Made by a program: the position numbers and the translations under genes. The notes under the pieces are model-generated. The model was given only the letters and a program-made list of their open reading frames with translations, had not been told where the DNA came from and did not search any database. DNA of 64,000 nucleotides from Camelus dromedarius. Its lineage: Eukaryota. The stretch lies in assembly GCF_036321535.1 (NCBI RefSeq), contig NC_087436.1:49850001-49914000 (forward strand), written 5' to 3'. Each line of letters begins with the position of its first letter. The first letter of the stretch is position 1. Of the stretch, positions 10,276 to 23,559 are shown in pieces.

Positions 10276-12714
10276 CAACAGTTGTACTTTCATCTAGCAG
10301 AGGTGAAATTATTATTTGATTAGCACCCATCTCTCATACTGAGCAAGGTAGAGAGAAAATGGAAACCCATGCAGAAATTCTACAGGTGAATTCTACCATT
10401 TTTCCCCTCTCTTCTGTGACCCAGGTTCTTTTGACCTTTAGATACTCCAATCTTTACCCTTCATCCACAAGTGACTGACCCTCTCCACTGCATGCAAAAG
10501 TTCACATTTATACACATATATTCCAATGCAATAATTGCATGTGACAATCTTTTCTCCTAACACAAATTTAAACACATTAAGTTCAAAGTTTGATGCTAAC
10601 CAGAATTAGTGCACTAAAAAAGTTAAGCATAATTCTGTATTTGGTATAATATAATTTGTCTGTTTTTGTATTCTTCGTTGGCAATTCCATCAAAGGAGAT
10701 AAAATCATTCTCTCTTATTTAACATCTCCGGGAACCAAAATGTTTGATCAGAATGTGGATAGATGTCAAAACTACAAGTTAAGAATTGAGATTAAGTTTG
10801 GTTGACTCCCAGGCATGAGAAAGGAATAATAAGGTTTTCAGATTTGCCTAAACTGTCCTTCACAAGGACAACTTCACAAGGAAGAAGTTGGCTCGAGACT
10901 ATAAAAATACGAGAGGGTAAATTTCTTAATATTTATTGTTTTTGTTCCTTATCCTTGATTCTTTACAGAGTTAGTTATGCCCATTTTCATTAATAACCAA
11001 AATGCATTATTAACTGAGAGAAGCGTTGCTTTATATTTGTATGCAAGAGAAAGGATTTTGTACCAGAATTTCTTTAGACCACAGTTTCAGCTTCAAACCT
11101 ACCATTTGGCAGAAACCTCTACATACCACACATTCCCCATTGAATACTTACCACCAGAATTCTGAGGACTAACCTACGAGTGGTTCCAAATCTGAAAGAA
11201 CTGAATGGTAATTATTTCAGCTCATTAAAGTCTAGAGGACCCTCAATATACCCAGAATAAGAAAACAAGCAAGCAATGACTACAACAAAAGCTGAAATAC
11301 TTGATTTCACAGTTGGTAGACAACATTGAGAATCTTATGCAATGTATGAGAATGAAAAAAAAAAAGAGTTGAAAAGAATTTTGCAATAGAACTATCATAT
11401 ACACATTTTTTGGGAACTTTTCCCCATGGATGGCCATAGAACTGGGGTTCATCAATAGATTCATCACTGAAAAGAAACCCCACGTAAGAGTCCACTGCAC
11501 TCTGTTGCAACAAGTAAGGGGTAATTTATACTCTGGATTATTAAATGCATTCCCCACCATAGCAAAATTGCAACCCTGAGAAGATATAGTACTTTCCAGT
11601 TTATAACGTCTGTCAGAGACCGAGTTCTTAGATGGCTAATTTAAAGGAAGCTGGCACACAGTTTAAAGATGTAATTTGAGTCATGGCTGATGATACACTT
11701 TTACTTGTTTAGCCTTTCATGCAGCTTGTTTGCATTACTTGAACAGATTTGCTGTTTCTATTCTAACTGCATTGTGTATGGCATGAGGAATGCTGATTAA
11801 TTCTTGTCGGTAATCATCACACACGCTGCCAATGTTGTACATTTATATCCCCCATTACATAATCTATGTATGCATTCCTTCTGCCATTAGTGGAAGTAGC
11901 ATGTAATAGGTAAATAAACCTGTTCCTGATTCAGATTAAAAATGAGTGTTGATCCTTTTCCGTCTTTAAAAGATAGAAACTGCATTAAATGGAGGAATCT
12001 GGCATAGACTGTGTTTGCTTCAAGTAGCTTTAATTAGAATTCTTTAATTGTCCCTACAGCTGCCACCAATAGTAAACTCTAAAATATCAATTGTAATTGG
12101 ACAATAAATTTGCATTTTGTTCACGACACAAAGTTGACATGTCTTACTTTGTGAACTTTAACACGGTGAGGCTATTCACTGCCATTGGAGTAACTCTGAA
12201 TAGCCCTTTTTGATCATTTTGATACTTGTATTGCAAGTGACTGTCTCATCTACTTACTTTTAAAACGAGAAGTAAGTAAAAAATGACTTCTAGGTGAGCT
12301 TAATTTAATAGGCTACTTACTGCTTTATACAGAGACTAGTGAGTAAATAGGTTTTTAAATGATGGGTTATAGTTTGAAAATGGCATTTCACTAGAAGCCC
12401 TAAAGCATTTAAAAGGAAGTCAAGTGTGTCACTCCTTTATGTTCACAGTCAAATTACAATTTACTGCAAAGTTGTAGAGGGAAAGGATGAAAAAATAAAT
12501 AACATTGAAAAAAAAAATCTAATGTACTCATATCTTCATAACTGTATTCCCAACTTCCTCAGGCTTTTCTTGAGTTGCTAAGCTGGAACCACAAATCAGA
12601 TGATTAAATTCAGCAGAATTAGCCTTCTTGTTTTCTGGAAGAGTAAATGAAGAATTGGTTTTGATGAAAATCGGTCTGTTCAAAATTTTTTACTTTCAGT
12701 TAGTCATTCACACC

Positions 12715-13060
12715 TTAAAGAAAGTAACAGGTGTAACTCTTCACAATGGCTTAAACAACAAAACGAATTTGTTATTTCAGATAACTGAGTCCTGAGGAAA
12801 GACGAAAGCAAGGCTAACACTATTTTATGTTTCTCTCTGCCTCTGTAGTACTCTCAGTTGGCTTTATTCTGCGGCCTTATTTGTTCATGTTGTGGCCACA
12901 AGCACCTTTAAACATTTATTTTCCATTGCTAGGAATTCTTGTACAGGGAAAAATGTTCTTTCCTGACAAGTTCAGCAAAACTCCCAGAATTAGTTCTTGG
13001 TGGATCCAGTTGGCCTAAATGTGATGATGTGCCCAACACTTAGCTTGTCACTGTAAAGAG
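12715..13060. mobile_element. Old MaLR LTR (MLT1J/K-like) fragment
   Basis: tggcttaaacaacaaaacgaatttgttatttcagataactg… and ctctgcctctgtagtactctcagttggctttattct are MLT1-type motifs. Confidence 0.5.
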
Positions 13061-13234
13061 GGAAGTTTTCATTTATCTCATGCAAATACAATATGCAAAA
13101 TTTTCTTTAATCTTAGCCTTTCCTTAAGATCTGGGGGAACATAAGCCTCTCCCTCCCACATTTACTGAGAATGAAAGAAGAGTAGGCTCCGGGGAGACCT
13201 GGGGTATGACAGAAGCAAAAAGAAAATTGATACT

Positions 13235-13390
13235 GGGCAGGAAGAAAAATGAAAGGAAGGAAAAGAAGCAAGGAAGGACTGAAAAGGGTGATAGGAAAGA
13301 AAGAGAGAGCATAAGAAAGAGAAATGGAGGGATAAAGGACGGAAGGAAGGGAGGGAGAGAGGAGGGAAGAATGGAGGACAAGGAAATGAT
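13235..13390. repeat. GA-rich low-complexity tract
   Basis: Degenerate GGAA/GAAA repeats; explains ORFs 13113-13475 and 13206-13421. Confidence 0.85.
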
Positions 13391-14242
13391 GATAAATGTC
13401 TACCACGTTATGTTTTATTAAAGGGTTAATGGGCAAGGAAGCAGCAGGAGGGAGAAGGCAGAGAAACATCTTCACTGGAATTCTAATAGGATAATTAATT
13501 TCTGTATAATTGTATGATAACTCTATTTGGTTAACTTGAAGGATCCATTTCTATTAATTAGTCCTGTATATGCGTAAACACACACACAACACACAGGTGC
13601 ACACAATACCATTATGTCTCTGATTGGATCTCCAGGAGCACATCAGTGCTTCTGGGATAAAGAAGATAATTTACAGTGAGTTTGATAGACTTACCAGCAA
13701 AATTCCATTCCTTATAGTTACCCCATTACTCTATAGAAATGTGTACAAAGGTTGATTGTGTAGTAGATTAGCCATAGGATTTTACATGAGAGGAATTTGT
13801 TTCAGAGAACTAAGACACAATCACAAAATCTTGAAATACAAACAAGACTTTGACCACCAACTTTAACGTGCATTTCACACAGATTCTTCAGTTGTGTTCG
13901 CTGCCTCATCGTTGAACCTACATTTCTCTGGATTCGGCCCAATGAGTATGACTGAAGCCAAAGGCTTACTAGTTTCAGCACACTTAACGTTTTTCATCTT
14001 GGACTCAGTTACTTTCTGCTCATGAGAAAATTCTTATTTGTTATTCTTAGGAAAAGCAAAGTCGTATTTCCCATTTGATGCTTTTATTTTATCAAACAAA
14101 CTATCTGTAATAAAATACTTAAATGATTATAACAACATTGCTACGAAGACAAAGTGGGCACAATTTAAGCTGAACCATGGGCGGTAGTGACAGCTTAATA
14201 TATTTGTTCCCTATTGAAATGGAAAGCCTGAGCCCCGTATAC

Positions 14243-14640
14243 AGGACTTCCAGTTTCCACTTGGGAATACAGAGCTAGAAATTACACCGCTCTCAATGCT
14301 ACGGAGAGGAGAGGAGGATCCTTGTATGAGGAAAAGTGGAGTCAGAAAGCACAATAAGGGGGCGTAGATGTCGTGTGGGCAACGCGGTAACTGTCCGCTG
14401 CGCAGGGAAGTGGAAACGCCCATCATTGCCCGAACTGAACTCACTTAGCTGGAGAAGGAAGAAGTAAGTACCCGGGGACTGTGATGCTGTTAGAGAAACA
14501 AGGCAGTATCCTGAGGGTTAAAACCCACGCTCTATTTGTTGCCGACAAGAGAGAGATCCTCCTCGCCTGTCGGTCCCTGTGGTGCAGGTGGACTGGCTTC
14601 ACACCCCTAGTGTTGAGCAGGGAAGGCACACACGCCCATT
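14243..14640 (+). mobile_element. Possible ancient L1 5'-UTR relic, locally CpG-enriched
   Basis: Begins gacttccagtttcc…agagctagaaat…, resembling L1M4-type 5' ends and the start of the element at 55614. Confidence 0.35.
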
Positions 14641-16361
14641 TTGATTAATAAATGTACGGCCCAGTGATTCAGGGATGAGTACAGGATCCATGCCAAGCCA
14701 AACCAGATTAAATTATCTATGTATAAAAATAAAACACCTAAAATAGGCAATTCTGAGACAGAAAAAAATTTGAAAAATCCTGAATTAGGATTCTCTTTAT
14801 TTTTGAATAGTAAGAGACAATTTTTTCGGATTAAAATAGATCTCTATTACAGATATCAACATGAAAATTCTGATCCAGGGACACTGCTGTGAAATCTAAG
14901 AAGTGTGACGTTTAAATATGCTTATAGGAACTTTAATTTATGACAATCAATGTTTTTAATCTTATGGGAATATCTTATTTAAAATAAATGGTTAGACTTA
15001 GTAATGAATCTATATCCATATTTATGAATTTTTAAATTATTTATCATTCCTGAGACATTAGGAGAATATACACCCATGCATATTAACACTGATTTTTTAA
15101 AAAGACATGGTACTCATCCTAGAAGCAAGACATTTGTGTTTACGACATTGGTAACATTGATGAATTCACATGTGTAAAAGCCTAACTGATAGCTGACATA
15201 AAGAATTCTTATGTAGTTTGATATTGAGTAATTCAAATATAGTTCCCGCTACTTTTATTTTTCTACAATATTTTGCATGTGATTATCCAATTACTTATTT
15301 GCAGCTCTCTCCTTTAGGGTAAGGAAGTCAACTAAGGGGACCCAGTGCTCTGTTCACTCCTGAAAAGGTAGCTACTTAGCATCAATGTCACAAATAGCTC
15401 ACAAACTTTTGTGGTTACATAAAATATTGAATTTGTCAAAGGCTTCCACTAAAACAAGTCTACAGTTAAAGTGGACACCAAACATACAGTTTAATAAGCC
15501 TCATTTTACATATGATGTCAGTATCAGACTGACATTAATTTTAGTTCACTTTGTGTTTTTAAAGGAATGATCGATATCCCTGTGCATTATTTTCTGTTTT
15601 CTATGCAAGAACACATTTCAAAAAATGGAAAGTACTGGAAAAAATAAGAACTTAAAAAAAGTAGCAACTTTGAAAGAAGCCTACTCTTTTGAGGTCTTCC
15701 TCCTACCCTGCCTTCACTGGAATCACTCTTTCATCCAGTGACAAACAATTCCCTCATAATTATTACTTAATGATTTTTCATCAGACATCAACAAGGGTGA
15801 CGATTCATTTGGAAATGAAATAATTCGTTTGTAAATGTATTCACTTTTCATATATAATCAGGTAACACTTTCTTAAATGGATGCTTGTCCCATCTCTTAC
15901 TTCACCCCAGCATTGCTAAGGGTGAATGAAAGAGCCTCCCACTGGGCCTTGGGGTTTCTGGAACTGCTCCAAGGCAAAATGCAAATTGGACTTACTGACC
16001 TCCTATTATTTGCCGTTAGTTAGTCAATCATTTTACTATAACTCTATCACATATCCACACAAATGGTATGTGCATCACCTCAAGTTTTTTAAAAATTTAA
16101 ATGACTTTCAGATGTTTGATTCCTAATCCCTTTTTTCCCTCATCCTGACTCTCCAGTTATTATACTCATGACAACCTTTGTTTATGTTGAATACTTGCTG
16201 TAAATCACCAGTTTTCTCACCAAAATACCTCACTGAGGGGTAAAGACATGATTTCTCCGCCTGGCTTTTAGGTACATAATCAGCTCCAGACCTTAATTTT
16301 CAGCCTCATTCCCTAGTTTTGCTCCTATAGAACCTCTGGCTGGCTTGCTTTGTTTACTTTC

Positions 16362-17906
16362 TGCATTAGTATAGGTTCATCTAGAAGCAGACAATAAGGC
16401 AGGATTTGAGGTGCAAGAAATTGATTATAGGAAGGATCAGGAGAAGACAGGGAGACCCTTTAATATGCAAAGGTTGCGTGACTCCTGTGTAAAGAGAGTG
16501 CAGGACTGAAGTTGGGTAGGATGATTGCTGGCCTGTAGCACAGTTTCAAGAAAGATCTGCTTAGGCTGATGCACGTGAGCAGCGAATCTGCCCACTCCCT
16601 GAGGGCCTCTGTCAGGATGTGAAATCTGGAGAAAGTGCCTTTCCCTCCAAGTCAGTGAATTCTTCCTTATCCATTCTTACCTCCTGGCCCTCTGGATTAA
16701 CTAATTTCTAAATGCTTATCAGGGTTACTTTCCAGGCTCTTATTGAATACGAACTAGCTAATTCTTACAAGAACATTCAAATATAGTCTTCGTTCTTCCT
16801 TGTCAAGCCCAGCAACACCCAGCTGGGTAATCCTGAGATTTAACTTTAGTGATGATCCTGAAAGCCAGGAGAGGAGATGCAATAGGCCCTTTAGGGGACA
16901 CCTGTACCAATCGGAGTAGTGGCCTCTGCAGCATCTTCTAACATGGCATGAAGCTGTAGGCCACCTCTGCCAGTTCTGCAGGCTTCGTGCAGAGCCAACT
17001 GCCTCGGAGGCATCTGTCCACATGTCCCCATCCGATATTTCAAGATCCCAGGTTTTCCCAAACAGGGCCTTAAGTGTAGAGTGACAGGTCTCCCTCCTCT
17101 GAGCATTCTGAGGCCTCTGATTTCTCAGGTCGTTGGCTGGGCTGCTCAGCGGTGCTGCTCGCCCGCTCTAGGGGACGAGGGCTCTTTGGAGGGCTACACA
17201 GAGTCCCTCTCACTCTGATATTTATTAACCACTTACAGTGGCCCTCGGTGTCTCAGTCCTGTAGGGGGTCAATATCAATACAGTTTAGCAGTAACCAGCC
17301 AACTCCACCCTATTTAAAATGTCTGAATGATTATACCTGATTGGCAAATCATCACCCACAGTGAAATCTTTAGCAATTGGGCCTTGTGCTGGGGGCTTAC
17401 TGTCACCCCCCTCCCACCTGGAATGGGTGGTCAGTGAGACATAACCAAATCCCCATCTGCCCGCTTGTTTTCTCAGACCACTCTTAGGACCACTTGCATG
17501 AGTTGTGGGTTCACAGAGAAGCAGATGCCCAAAGTGGGTTCAACGTGCAAAAGACTGACTGGGGGAAGAAGCAGCAGAAGCTGAGGGCAAGATTCAGAGC
17601 ATGATACAGGTTTGACAGCTGTGGCAGGAGAGAGGCAAGGAAGGGGAATCAGGTAGAGGCTCGAACTGCTGCATAGTTCCCGTGGAGATCTGGTTAGGCC
17701 AGCAGGAGTCCTTGAGCCAAAATCCCCATTGAAGGAGTCCCATAAGTGGCCTTGGCATGTTCAGTCAGTGGATGGAGCAACTGGTAAAAAGTGTAGCATT
17801 AGAACGAATGCACAGGTGGACCTAAAGGAACAGTAGTCACGTTGGGGCATCAGTCAGTCACGTTCCCCGTGGTACATGTAAGCAGTGCATTTGCATGGAC
17901 ACCACA
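16362..17906 (-). mobile_element. Internally deleted ERVL-class (LTR16/HERV16-like) provirus
   Basis: 5' LTR at 17495-17906 has TG…CA ends on the minus strand and is followed by PBS-like agTGGTCCTAAGAGTGG and a gag-start-like cccaattgctaaagatttcac. A homologous partial LTR lies at 16362-~16575. Confidence 0.6.
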
Positions 17907-17929
17907 GTTGCCATTTGTTAAGAAAGGCT

Positions 17930-18130
17930 GGCCTAGAAGGTGGGAACATGGATTTGGGAGTCAGGTTGCCTGAGTTCAAGTACTACTGGGCCACCTCCTA
18001 ACTATGGCACCTTGGCCAAGTTAATATATATGATTTCCCACTTTTTCATATTTAAATTGATAATAATAGTTGCACTCATAGAGCCACTGGGAGAATTAAA
18101 CGGGATCATTCAGGTAAAAGCTATCATTAC
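17930..18130 (+). mobile_element. MIR
   Basis: acatggatttgggagtcaggttgcctgagttcaag…accttggccaagtta…taaattgataataatagttgcactcatag. Confidence 0.75.
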
Positions 18131-18294
18131 CATGGTGATGACGTCCACAGTTCAGCCATGCAAAAGAACGTAACTTTCTTTTTCTACAACTGAACTTGTT
18201 TTCTTGTTGATCCCTAAGTCTAGGTGGTGTTAGAAACTAAATCTTCGGTAGCACAGTATGCCTTCCTTAGACAACATGAAATGTTTATGGGCAC

Positions 18295-18500
18295 TACTTG
18301 GAATCCATCTACTGGGATTCAAATACCAACTCTACCATTTCTAATGGCATGCCTCTGGGTAAGTTATTTAACCTCTCTGTGACCTGGCTGTTCCGTCTAT
18401 ACAGTGGGGATACTGTAGTGGTCAATCCCTCAGAATCTGGTTGTGACTCGAAATTTGGTAAGAATCCTTCATGCCTGGCCCTACTAAGTGCTTGCTCAAG
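18295..18500 (+). mobile_element. MIR
   Basis: ctgggattcaaatacc…ctctaccattt…ggtaagttatttaacctctctgtg…tacagtggggata. Confidence 0.75.
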
Positions 18501-19049
18501 GCTGGTTCCTATTGTTCTTATTTTGGGGTTCGAATCTGTCCCATCCTGTTTTGGGTATCTCAATTCTAAGGGTTTAATTATACCTTCCAAAGTTAAGGTA
18601 GGGCAGAGTACAGGGTCCTTTTCAGGAATCTGACAACGTCTAAGCTCTGGCTTCCTCCTGGGTTATCTTCCATTTTCCTCAGTCTGTGGAATCTTTATGT
18701 AGTCTGAGTGGGGAGGTCTGGTTCTTTATTCCTTGTTTACGGCATAAACTTTATCCCTTGAATGGTTCAGGACTTGGTTTCTTTCACTGCAAAAGCCTTG
18801 CCTTTGGAGATTTAAGAGCTTTAGTTTTTGAAAATCAAAAGGTTTTCCTTTCTATATTGTGATATCCTATCTTTCCCCTAAGATGAGGGGAAGAATACAG
18901 GGCAAAGAGTAAAAGGAAATACATTACAAGAGGCAAATCTTAGTTAATATCTCAAAATATTATTCCTCTGCAATGTTTCTGTTCAGGCTCTTCTTTGTTC
19001 CTGAAATTCCTTTTTGCTACCAGTTAAAAAGGTGCGTCTTTGAGTTGCA

Positions 19050-19292
19050 GTTTGGATGCCCCCCTCCTGGAAGCACCGTTCAGTCGCCCCAGTCTAAAGA
19101 GCATCTCCTTCCAACTGTATTAATGCCGTCATTACCGTAGGCATTTTCAATGGCCTGGTACACACTCTACTTTCCTCTCTAGACTCCATGCCCCTTGTGA
19201 GCTGGGAATAAGCCCTATTCATTTTTTATATCTCTGTTCTCTTCAGGACCCAACATAGGGCCTGACATATAGAAGTACTTAAAATTGTTGAA
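19050..19292 (+). mobile_element. L2 3' end
   Basis: cccaacatagggcctgacatatagaagtacttaaaattgttgaa. Confidence 0.6.
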
Positions 19293-19924
19293 CATAATTA
19301 TGCAAATTAAAAGAAGCTGGCTATATTACTGTATAGCATTTACAGGTTTCCAGCTCTACATGAATCTTTATGTACCTTTTCTTGGTTTTTCTGAAAAGGC
19401 TTGGGTGTTGCTGTGAATCATTAATATTTCTGTAACTAGATACAACTTACTCATCTTTATTTCGGTTAAAAAATATTAAGCACACGATGTGCCAGCCATT
19501 TTATCAGACTCGGGAGATGCAAAATTGACTAAGGCTGAGCATCAAGGATAGAAATTCTTAAAATAAGCCATTTAAATGACACATATACCTAGCACAGAAC
19601 CTGACATGTGGTAGCCATGAGAACTTTACTGGACATGGAATTAATAATAATAATAAAAAAAAGAACTGATGGAATTATGCATGGGTTTACTTGGCAGCAC
19701 AGAGCAGATAACTTTAGTTTTTCCCAACAAGTCTTGAAGGCAGCTATGACCAGGCTGAGTCACAGAGGATGAACAAGTCCAGTCAGGCAAAGAAAGAAAA
19801 AGCAGCGAGACAGACTCGGCAGTGCAAGCAGGAACATGGTAGTGCAAAGCAACAAAATTACGTACTTTATGTAAAAAATTTTCAGATTTGTTTGTATTTT
19901 AGCAAAAGATACATTTTCTGTGCA

Positions 19925-20185
19925 ACATAGGATTATGATTTGGAGTGTGGACTCTGGAGCCGGACAGCCTAGCCTAGGTGGAAATCTTGGGTCCATCACT
20001 TATTAACTTGCCCTGCAATCTTAGTTAAGTGTTTTTCCCTCTCTGTGCTTAGACACTCCAGCTGTAAGGTTGGAAATCACACCTCTTAATGTTGTTATGA
20101 ACTTCAAATGAAGCAATATATTTAAAATCTTCAAAAGCGTCTAAAAAATACTCAATAAATTTTAGCTTATGAAGGTTAAATATCT
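19925..20185 (+). mobile_element. MIR
   Basis: gagtgtggactctggagccggacagcc…catcacttattaac…ctcaataaat. Confidence 0.75.
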
Positions 20186-21359
20186 TTTTCTTTTTTTTAC
20201 AACTTTCGGAATGGAAATTCCCATTTAGCATTGAGGTCCTTGTCTTCCACCCAGAGATTGTCAGTAGGGAGACAGTGGGAAGAAGGGTCCACTCCCTTAG
20301 GAAGCTCAGTAGAATCACTTGAGGGTCTTTGAAAATCACGTCCACTTGGCTTCTCTCCCACACCCCAATTTCAGAAGTACTATCACTGCTTTAGTGAATC
20401 ACCGTTAGTGGGGGTGAGTGCACCATGTCACTTTATTCAGGGATGTTATGACAGAAGAAAGGCTTTGAATTCAGTTTTATAGGCCTTCGAGAGACAGAAT
20501 TGAGACAGTCAGTTCTAGATTAAAATAGCTCAAGTATCTGACCGCAGGTCTCTTCATGTTTTACCAGTTTGTGTTGTTGCCTGGACTAGGGAAACACCAG
20601 GAGGCACGTTCTTCTGAGCGCCCTGCGGCCTCCATGACTTCCAGTAAGCACGCCATAAGCAACCCATTTCTTTGCTGTCTTCTGATGAAAAGCTATTTTT
20701 TGAACATTTTTCTACAATAAGAGAAAAGAGAAATGAACAGAAAAAATTCCAATGTTTTGACTCAAAAAAATCATAGTTTAAAAATTATGGCAAAGAAATT
20801 CCACATGATAAATATTACTTTAAGCAGGAATGCATTTGGCTTACCTGTAATTTTCATTTGTTGGAAGAAGTAGTTGGGAAGTGTGGTGTGGGAATGTAGA
20901 GTGTGTTTCAATGTTTTTCTTGGCTCAAACTTATTAATTCGTATTTAAAACCTGTTCATTTTTTAGCTAGATACATCGGTTATACTTACAAAGACTTTCA
21001 TTTACCTAAAAGTGATTAATCATTAAGATTATATTTCTATGTGTTTCATTCCTGACTTTTACCATGATTTTAATCAAAACAAGTCTTACCTATTTGGTCA
21101 GAACATTTCAAGATTAAGCACCCACCATGTGTTAAAACACAAGTAGTTTGCTTTATTTGTAAAGTGAAATAACTCTTGAAATTAGGACTTAGATGATACA
21201 AATATAGTGTGTTCTGCCCTATTTTATTTGTTAAAAACATGTAACTCAATAAAAACATAATTTAAAAAACTGGGACACTTTATGCCATTGTAGTTAGTGA
21301 CTAACATACAGTTAATTCACAAAATAATATTTTGCATTTCTCTATCACTGTAACATAAA

Positions 21360-21579
21360 CAGTTGACCCTTGAACAACACAAGTTTGAACTTCGCAGGTG
21401 TACTTATTTATGGGTTTTCTCAATAAATACTACAGTAGTACACGGTCTGTGATTGGTTGGATCTCTGGATGATGAACTGTGGAAAAGGAGGAAGGACTAT
21501 GGGACTTGAGCATCCTTGGATTTTGGTATCTGCAGCAGGTCCTGGAACCAAACACCCTGTGGATACCAAGGGACAACTG
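21360..21579. mobile_element. TcMar-Tigger non-autonomous element (MER2-like)
   Basis: Terminal inverted repeats cagttgacccttg / caagggacaactg (12/13 complementary); internal ggattttggtatctgc…gtcctggaaccaa. Confidence 0.85.
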
Positions 21580-21844
21580 CATGACACAATATGATGATCC
21601 AACAATACAATATAGCTGTGGCATTTTGATGTGCTACAAATTACTACTTTCAAATTACTTTTTAGATCAATTCCCCTATATAAATATATCATAAATAATT
21701 ATATGTAATAATGATTATATCTAAATTTGTGCAATATTTTGCAATCTTTAAAATACAACAGTTTTTGTAAGTTTCCTTTCAGCCTCTTGCAAATCAAGTA
21801 GAAAAGTAGCCTCCATTGGAGGTAATAATAGTTTAGGATTTGAA

Positions 21845-22035
21845 CACGTAATGTGTGTCAGGCATTGTGTTAACATGTGTTAACTCTATATAATTAAAAG
21901 TGTCTCAGTTCTTCTAATCCTCGTAAGAAACCTCTGAGGGAGGGACTAACATTATCCTCATTTTACTGAAGAAGCAAGAATTGACATAAAGATACGCCCG
22001 ATGTGAAGCCCACATTCTTAAGCGCTGTGTCACAT
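21845..22035 (-). mobile_element. MIR
   Basis: tgtgtcaggcattgtg…taatcctcgtaagaaacctctgagg…attatcctcattttactga. Confidence 0.65.
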
Positions 22036-23059
22036 TACCTCATACAATTTTTCCTTACTGTCATCGATGAAGTCATGCATTTCTTTCAAAAACAATACCT
22101 GGTTAGGATATTTTGATAACAAATCATTAGAACCGTAATCAACTATAATGATTCATTTGCAACTGGTTCCTTATAGACACAGAGTGTAAAAATGACCATC
22201 AGTTTAGCAAAGAATTAATATGTGCATGTGCAGTTAATGAAAGATATCTCTAAATAACTGATGGGAGTGCATTCATTTCTATCTGGATGGCCTGGGTCCA
22301 GATATTCTCATCTTTTGGTCTTATTTCCTTGTCTTCCTTCAGAGCCTACATTGGCCTTGCAGGTCCTGCTGGCTGAGCAGGCTGTCATTTCTTGGACAAT
22401 CTTTCCAAGCGGGCAGACGTGCTATTCCCAGGCTCCCACAGTGGTTCTGGATTTCGTGGGAGATTTACAGATTCCTTCCGCAGATTTCTCATTTTCCTGC
22501 TGATACTACTGCTTGCTTTCCTGGCAGTAAATCCTTATTATCTCACTTTATTTCTCCATTTTCCCCTCCCTTTCTAGCCACTCTGCTGCTGCTTCTCTCC
22601 ACTCACTTCTCTGTGTCCTGTGCTGTTGGCGTTCTCATTTAGACATCAGTCCTGTCTGCCTACTAGTTTATTTGTGGTGGTATGCAGGCCTTCCTCATTT
22701 TTTCGCATCTATCCTCCATAAACATCACCATTTTGTCAGAAAGGACCACCTTCTGGGTAACACCACCAGGAATACGTTCCTCCCCCAGGAAATCTGACAA
22801 ACCCTTTCTCTCCAATGCTTCCTGTTCTTTCCCTTTAAAGCATTTCTCTGCTGAAGCAGCTAAGTGGCTGCACAACATAATCCTGTATAAAGCTGGCAGA
22901 AATGCTATTTCAGAGCATTCGTGTTTAACTCTTTACTGTCCAGGTTGTACACGTTGCAAAGGCACATGAAAAATCAGTTGATGAATTTTCACTCAATATA
23001 CACCTTTTAAGCAATGAGGATCTGTCAGCCCCTTTAGACCTTGCACTATATATTTCCGT

Positions 23060-23510
23060 TCATTTTTCCAGTGGGCTCTGTCCCCACCTGCCACCCCCAA
23101 AAGCTAACCAGATGGGTTACATCAGTGGGGTTCATTTCCCTCTGGCTTGTGTGTTGTGTGCAGAGTACGGGAGACACTAGCAGGGAAGGAGGACATTGAA
23201 GTGGGAGGGTTTATGGCCTTGGTTCTCTCCCTGTGGGGTTTGCTTCAGGCTGATGGGCTCCCTGTAGAAAAGGCCATAGCTTTTGGGTCACCGGAAGCTC
23301 TCTCCATATTAACTACCCTCTCTGAGTTCTGTAATTACTCCGTCCTCTTCTCCTTCAGTAAGGCTTTCCACTGTGTTAACTTTCAAGTTCTGACATCCAT
23401 TATTGGTCTCCCCAGTTTCTGCCACACTCCTTGAAATAAGTCTCATTACTGAACACTCCTCAAATTACAAACTCTGAGTGTGGCATCTGCCTTCTGAACT
23501 GACTGATACA
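23060..23510 (+). mobile_element. LTR33-like ERVL solo LTR
   Basis: ttccctctggcttg…gggagacactagcagg…ctcctcaaattac…gagtgtggcatctg…ctgactgataca terminus. Confidence 0.65.
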
Positions 23511-23559
23511 GACCTGGAGTGCACCACGAGAAACTAGATATACTCGTTGCCCTTAAGTA

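Noticed and set aside
13113..13475. 120-aa and overlapping ORFs
   Set aside because: Produced by the GA-rich low-complexity tract.
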